The position numbers were made by a program, and so were the translations under genes. DNA of 64,000 bases from Heptranchias perlo (Eukaryota): contig NC_090358.1 of assembly GCF_035084215.1 (NCBI RefSeq), positions 2,294,001-2,358,000 on the forward strand, given 5' to 3'. This document shows, piece after piece, positions 58,633-64,000 of the stretch. Position 1 is the stretch's first letter. Every line of letters begins with the position of its first letter. Under the pieces are notes generated by a model. That model did not search any database and was not told the DNA's origin. It saw nothing but the letters and a program-made list of their open reading frames with translations.

Positions 58633-60233
58633 TAGGACAGTCCTAATCAATGGATGGGAGTCAGAGAGATATATGATCAAATCTGGAGTCAGGCAAGGCT
58701 GTCCTTTCTCCACAGTCTTGTTCAGATGTTGTATTGAGCCGTTTGCCACGTCCATCAGGAAGGATGTAGGTATTGGGGGAGACGATCCCAGGCAGTGGAG
58801 GCTCTCGGATTAAGGCTTCCCTGTACATGGGCGATATCACCGTCATCTGCTCCGATCAGCAGTTGGTCCACACACTGATGGGCATCTGCAACCGTTTTGA
58901 GCTGGTCTCGGGGGGGGGGGGGCAGAGTGAACCGTAGTAAGAGCAAGGCCATGTTGTTTGGCAGGTGGGAGATCCGATCCTTTGTCCCCTTCACTGTCAG
59001 GTCCGACTACCTAAAGGTGCTGGGGATCTGGTTCGGGGGCCCCTTGGCCTGCAAGAAGAACTGGGAGGAGCGGATCGTCAAGGCCAAACAGAAACTTGGT
59101 ATGTGGGTGGGGCGATCCCTCTCCATAACCGGCAGGAACCTGGTGATAAAGAGTGAGGTACTTGCGGTGTTGCTCTACGTGGCCAGGGTCTGGCCCGTTC
59201 CCCACAGCTCCGCAGTCACAGTCACCTGAGCTATCTTCCACTTTGTCTGGAGGTCTATGGCAGAGCGCGCCTGTAAGGTCACCATATATGAGTCCCCAGA
59301 AAAGTGGGGGGGGGGAGAGCATCCCCAATGCTGCTCTGATCCTGATGGCCACCTTTGTGTGTAGCTGCTTCGCGATGTGTAGAGCCCCAGTAGCGTCCAG
59401 CTGGACCATCCCATTACGCCCCCTTGCCGCCAACTTGCTCCAGGTGGAAAAGTTCCTGGGAGGAACCCCTTCAACAAGACCATCAGACAGTGGTCGACAC
59501 AAAACGTACTGTGAGTCCTGCAAGGAAAGGAGAGAGTGGTCTCGATCGGGCTTTTTCACGACCAGATGGTCGATGCCATTTGGCAGAACATCTCGTCCCC
59601 AGAACTGACAGGCACCTGGATGTAGCGTGGATGGTGGTGAGAGAGGCCCCTCCCAGTGCGGTCCTTCCAACATGCACAAAATCTCAGTGCCACTGTGAGC
59701 TGCCCTCGAGGAGGACACTGTCGTCCACCACCTGATGGGCTTCCCCTTCGCGCAGAGGGTGTGGAGAGAGATGCGTTGGTATCTGCCCCGGTTCATCCCC
59801 AACATTTCGGTAACACAGGACGCTGTGCTCTACGGGCTGTTCCCAGGGACGCACACCAAGACAGATATCACCTGCGGCTGGAAAACCATCAACTCGGTGA
59901 AGGAGGCCCTTTGGCCCGCCCGAAACCTGATGGTCTTCCAGCTGAAGGAGCTGTCCACGACCAAGTGCTGCCGACTGGCACACTCCAAGGTCCAAGCGTA
60001 TGTGCTACGGGATGCAGTGAAGCGAGGTGTGGCCTACCCAAAGGCCCTTTGGGAAAGGCACCACATAAGTCCACCACACCTTGTATTGTACACCATGGAT
60101 CATAAATACAGTGTTAATATTGTAATATTGTGATCGCTTTGTGTACGACCTGTAATGTTTGTTTGTACTGGTTTGAAATTGTGATATCTTTAAATTCTAT
60201 GAAATAAAGTATATTTTGAAATTTTTTAAAAAA
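58633..60233 (+). mobile_element. Degenerate Tx1/L1-clade LINE 3' portion
   Basis: SGVRQGCPFS, YMGD (YxDD position), VNRSKS, LKVLGIWF; C-terminal region; AATAAA and A-tail. Confidence 0.88.
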
Positions 60234-60319
60234 GCCAATATCCAGCGCTATTTTAAGTGATCAGGTTTTTTTGAGCTTTGTTGGCTTTTTGAAGCTGATG
60301 ATCAGATTTTACCAATTTT

Positions 60320-60778
60320 CCGCTGTTCCAATGACGCTCAATGCAGGCTCGAGGAACAGCACTTTACAGCCTTCCACCCTCAACGTTGAGCTCAACAACT
60401 TCAGATCATAACCACCGCTCCCATTTTCTGGGACAGCAGGTGCTGAGAATGATTCTGCTGTAACTATTTACACCTCCTCTGGACTCATCTTTTGTTTCAT
60501 TTCTCTGTCCCATTTCTATCCCTTTTTGCATTGCACAATCATCCCTTTCCTCATTTAATCACTCCTGCCCTCCACCCTATCACAGACCTTCCTTTTTCCC
60601 TGACACTATACTTGCTTAAAAACTGTTAAATCTCTAACTTCTTCCAGTTCTGATGAAAGGTCATCGGCCTGAAACGTTAACTCTGTTTCTCTCTCCACAG
60701 ATGCTGCCTGACCTGAGTGTTTCCAGCATTTTCTGTTTTTATTTCAGATTTCCAGCATCCGCAGTATTTTGATTTTGG
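60320..60778 (+). mobile_element. Penelope-like element 3' end (GIY-YIG C-terminal remnant + pLTR)
   Basis: LEEQH...LQP...LNVELNNFRS*, a pyrimidine-rich spacer, then a hammerhead motif; a related fragment sits at ~2029-2135. Confidence 0.72.
60646..60682 (+). ncRNA. Minimal type I hammerhead ribozyme motif
   Basis: AGTT-CTGATGA-A-AGGTC(ATC)GGCCT-GAAA-CGTT-AACT: intact core, stem I of 4 bp, stem II of 5 bp, palindromic stem III ACGT. Confidence 0.68.
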
Positions 60779-61871
60779 TTTACCAGTGATCTAGGTTGAC
60801 ATGTGGGCACACTTCCTCTTTAGAACTTTTTCTTGATGTGCTTATAAAAAAACCTTTGCTAGTACCCTTGATACCATCTGCGAAAATTTTTTTCCATACT
60901 CTCTGCTCTCATTATTTTAGCTTCCAGTAATGAAAAATCTGTGATCTCTTGTGTCCTTGAGATTAAACTACATCTTTAACTGAAACCAGGAAATGGACTC
61001 CAAAGCCTATTTTATTGTTTAATTATAAGCCTCCAACTCCTATACAGGCAAGGAAGGAGGGAGAACTAACTGTTGGGGCACGATCCTAGATATGAACAAG
61101 TAGATTAGGATATTCTAGCTATTTGTGCAGGGTAGAGTAGAATATGTGGTTTGTCTTATCAGGGAATGAGAGACTTAAGAATCTCTGACTGCAACTTCTT
61201 TCTCCTTCCACCACAAATCTGGTGAGGCTTTAGGGAATTCCTCAAGTACAATAACTAGGAGCACTGAGGAGCCCTTTTAACTAGTCTAATTGTTGTCTAA
61301 TTTCAATCCAAGTGAAATATTTGCCTTTTATGAATAGACCTTCTGCAGTGAGAGCAAAAGGCAGGGAATAAGCCAAGGTGAAAAAACCTTGAGTCCAGAA
61401 ATTCCTGGGATTGCGGTGGGATGGGACAGGACTTCTGCCCGCCAGTGTTGATCTCGCCCAAATTCTGGAGTTTGGATCATTACATAAAGGGGCAGCCCCC
61501 CCTGCTATTTATAGTGCTCCCTGGCATCTGTCCTGCTGGGGGGGCGAGGAATAATGGGGCACAGCCTTGCTGTTCTGTTGAATGAGGGTCGTGACTATTC
61601 CAGCTGAGGAGGCAACATTTCTTTTAAACCAACCGGGTCTTTGATTGCCATGGGGAAGCTAGCGACAATCTCTCGGAGATCAGTTGCCATTGGGAAATGG
61701 AATTATGGGATCCACTTGTGTCTTCCTGCAGCAAGAAGGCTGTAGGATAGGTGGAACTGTTGGGATTTCTGGTGGGGGATGGTCATCCTGCCAGCCCCAC
61801 CTCTTTCAGGATGGTGGGCACAAAACACACCCTAACTCTCGCCCCTGTTCTAATTCTTTTCTCAAATGCAG

Positions 61872-61988
61872 GTAAAATTAATTTTGATGACATTAATTTG
61901 GACGTCAGCTATGATACTGCAGCTAGTTATGATCAGAGCAAGCTGGCAAATGTACTTTTCAGCAGGGAGCTGGCAAAGAAATTAAGAG
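61872..61988 (+). CDS. RDH-like exon 5 (catalytic YxxxK)
   Basis: 117 bp; KINFDDINLDVSYDTAASYDQSKLANVLFSRELAKKLR-G|gtgagt; YDQSK intact. Confidence 0.94.
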
Positions 61989-62089
61989 GTGAGTGCTGCA
62001 CAGTCTTCAGAAAATGACTTAATTCTTTGTGAATCTTTATGAAGTGTGTGATGCTGGTAATTGGTGAGACCAAACTGGCCTCAGCTGAA

Positions 62090-62620
62090 TTATTGTGTAC
62101 AATTCTGGGCACCACACTTTAGGAAGGATGTCAAAGCTTTTTGAGAGGGTGCAGAGGAGATTTACTAGAATAACATCACGGATAAGGGACTTCAGTTATG
62201 TGGAAAGACTAGAGAAGCTGGGATTGTTCTCCTTGGAGCAGAGGAGGTTAAGGGAAGATTTAATAGAGGTGTTCAAAATGATGAGGGGTTTTGAGAGTAA
62301 ATAGGGAGAAACTGTTTCCACAGGCTGGAGGATCAGTAACCAGAGGACACAGATTAAGAAATTTGGCAACAAATCCAGGGGAGAAAGGAGGAGACCTTTT
62401 TTATTGCAGCGAGTTGTAATGATCTGGAATGCGCTGCCTGAAAGGGCGGTGGAAACAGATTCAATAATAACTTTCAAAAGGGAATTGGATAAATACTCGA
62501 AAAGGAGAAATTTGCAGGGCTATGAGGGAAGAGCAGGGGAGTGGGACTAATTGGATAACTCTAAGACCCGGCAGATACACGATGAGCTGAATGACCTCCT
62601 GTGCTGTATGATTCTATGAA
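62090..62620 (+). mobile_element. CR1 3' fragment
   Basis: ERVQRRFTR...LGLFSLEQRRLREDLIEVFK; TTCTATGA tail. Confidence 0.85.
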
Positions 62621-63096
62621 CTGCTAGGGGGTTGAGTTATTGGCCTTTGGGATCCTTATTAACTTAAAGGCTTTAAGTTATTTTTTCATTGGGGATTTCT
62701 GTGCGTATGAAGTTGAAGGGTGTCTACGGGGGCTTGGAATGTGTTGTTTCAACATTGAGTGCTCTCAGGTCAGCAATAGCATGGGATTAGATGGAATGAA
62801 AGAGCTCCTTTTACTCTGCCCTGACTATATTAATTAACCCCAACATTTGAAGAGTGCCTCCCACTCTTAAACATTTCCACTTCCCACGCTGATAATCCTT
62901 GTTGACTCTGAGATTCCCAATTGAGGCCAAATTATGGCAAGTTTTACAGGTCCATTTATTCTGGACTTGAATCAAGCCCAAGTCCCAGAGGTAAAGAATG
63001 ATATTCAAATTCACCAGGGAACTAATCCTCAACAAACTAGTTTAAAAATAAATATATATAATGTGTCCGTATTTGTGTTTTATTTTTTGATTTAAG

Positions 63097-63304
63097 GCAC
63101 CGGAGTAACTGCCAATTGTCTCCACCCTGGGGTAGTAATGACTGAGTTGGGACGTCACATGATACCTACTATTTCTTTATGGTTGAAGATCATCTTTGCA
63201 CCATTTGTCTGGCTGGCCTTTAAAAATCCATGGCAGGGAGCTCAGACCAGTATCTATTGTGCAATTGCAGAGGAGCTGGACAATGTCAGTGGCCTCTACT
63301 TCAG
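63097..63304 (+). CDS. RDH-like exon 6; the final exon lies beyond the window
   Basis: 208 bp; TGVTANCLHPGVVMTELGRH...KNPWQGAQTSIYCAIAEELDNVSGLYF-S|gtgagg. Confidence 0.93.
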
Positions 63305-64000
63305 GTGAGGTTGAATTCTTGACTTGGCTTCTTGGCCTGCTTCTTGAAACAGTCGGAAATGCCTGGTAGAAAATGTAGTCCTCTAGTCATCTCTGCCTGG
63401 ATTCCTGTGATGGTGAACATGGCCGATGTACTCACCAGCGAAACAGCTAGCAAAGAAATTATTACCAACTTCTAACTCTCTTGCCTTTCACTACCTTGCA
63501 TCTACTGTCCAATTTTCTGCTGTATTGGAGTGTAAAGGTGTATCACATTGACCAATTGCAAGACCATGTTTTAAGGGGCATGAATATGCACCTCAGAGTA
63601 TGTAACCTATAAGGGTCCTCCAATTGTACAATAATTAGTGTAGGTTATTGCAGTACAAAGAGTGACGTACTTAACTATATTAACCTGGCTGTGGTGATGA
63701 TGCATTGTACACCATAGCCAAATAGCAACAGTTTGCATTGCAAACTCTTATCTTACTGTTATCACTTATGCATCATGAGACTGAATCCTGGCCAATTTCC
63801 CCCCTACTTAGCCCTGGAGCTTTGAGACCAGTTGTGCCACCATTACTGCTACCTGGCTGAGGTCAGCTAACTCAGCAGAGTCTGGGAAACAAATGTAATA
63901 TTTTTTAGTCTGTTTAGATCAGTTGTACCAACCATGGCATTGAGAATTTGGATAATTTTCTACCTCTCTAATGTAAAGTTCTCTTGCAAGAAATACTGAA

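Overview
Eukaryotic, intron-rich vertebrate DNA. The repeat content (CR1 LINEs, SacSINE1-type Deu-SINEs, Penelope-like elements) points to a cartilaginous fish; the taxon is inferred. Four protein genes were reconstructed exon by exon from splice sites and reading phase. (1) The 5' half of LCTL (lactase-like/gamma-Klotho, GH1 family) is on the minus strand at 449-6167 and runs off the left edge. (2) A beta/gamma-crystallin gene, crybgx-like, is on the plus strand at ~8521-14261, head-to-head with LCTL; its four Greek-key exons are intact, but its first coding exon has no ATG and carries a 1-nt frameshift. (3) SNAPC5 is complete on the minus strand at 17392-22502. (4) An RDH11/12/13-like short-chain dehydrogenase is on the plus strand at 28445-63304; it has a 25.6-kb first intron and a GC-AG intron, and its last exon lies beyond the window. 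SNAPC5 and the RDH share a CpG-island bidirectional promoter containing a 23-copy minisatellite with an RFX X-box half-site in every unit. Introns are packed with nested retroelements: an uninterrupted single-ORF LINE (CR1-Zenon-like) lacking an AUG start, a bipartite tRNA-SINE apparently built from that LINE family's two ends, a full-length CR1 with a 21-bp minisatellite in its 5' UTR, Tx1/L1 fragments with clean TSDs, and several Penelope-like relics with minimal hammerhead ribozyme motifs, one forming a perfect 196-bp palindrome. No CRISPR, rRNA or bona fide tRNA genes were seen. Gene and family names rest on recognising translated motifs from memory, not on database searches.
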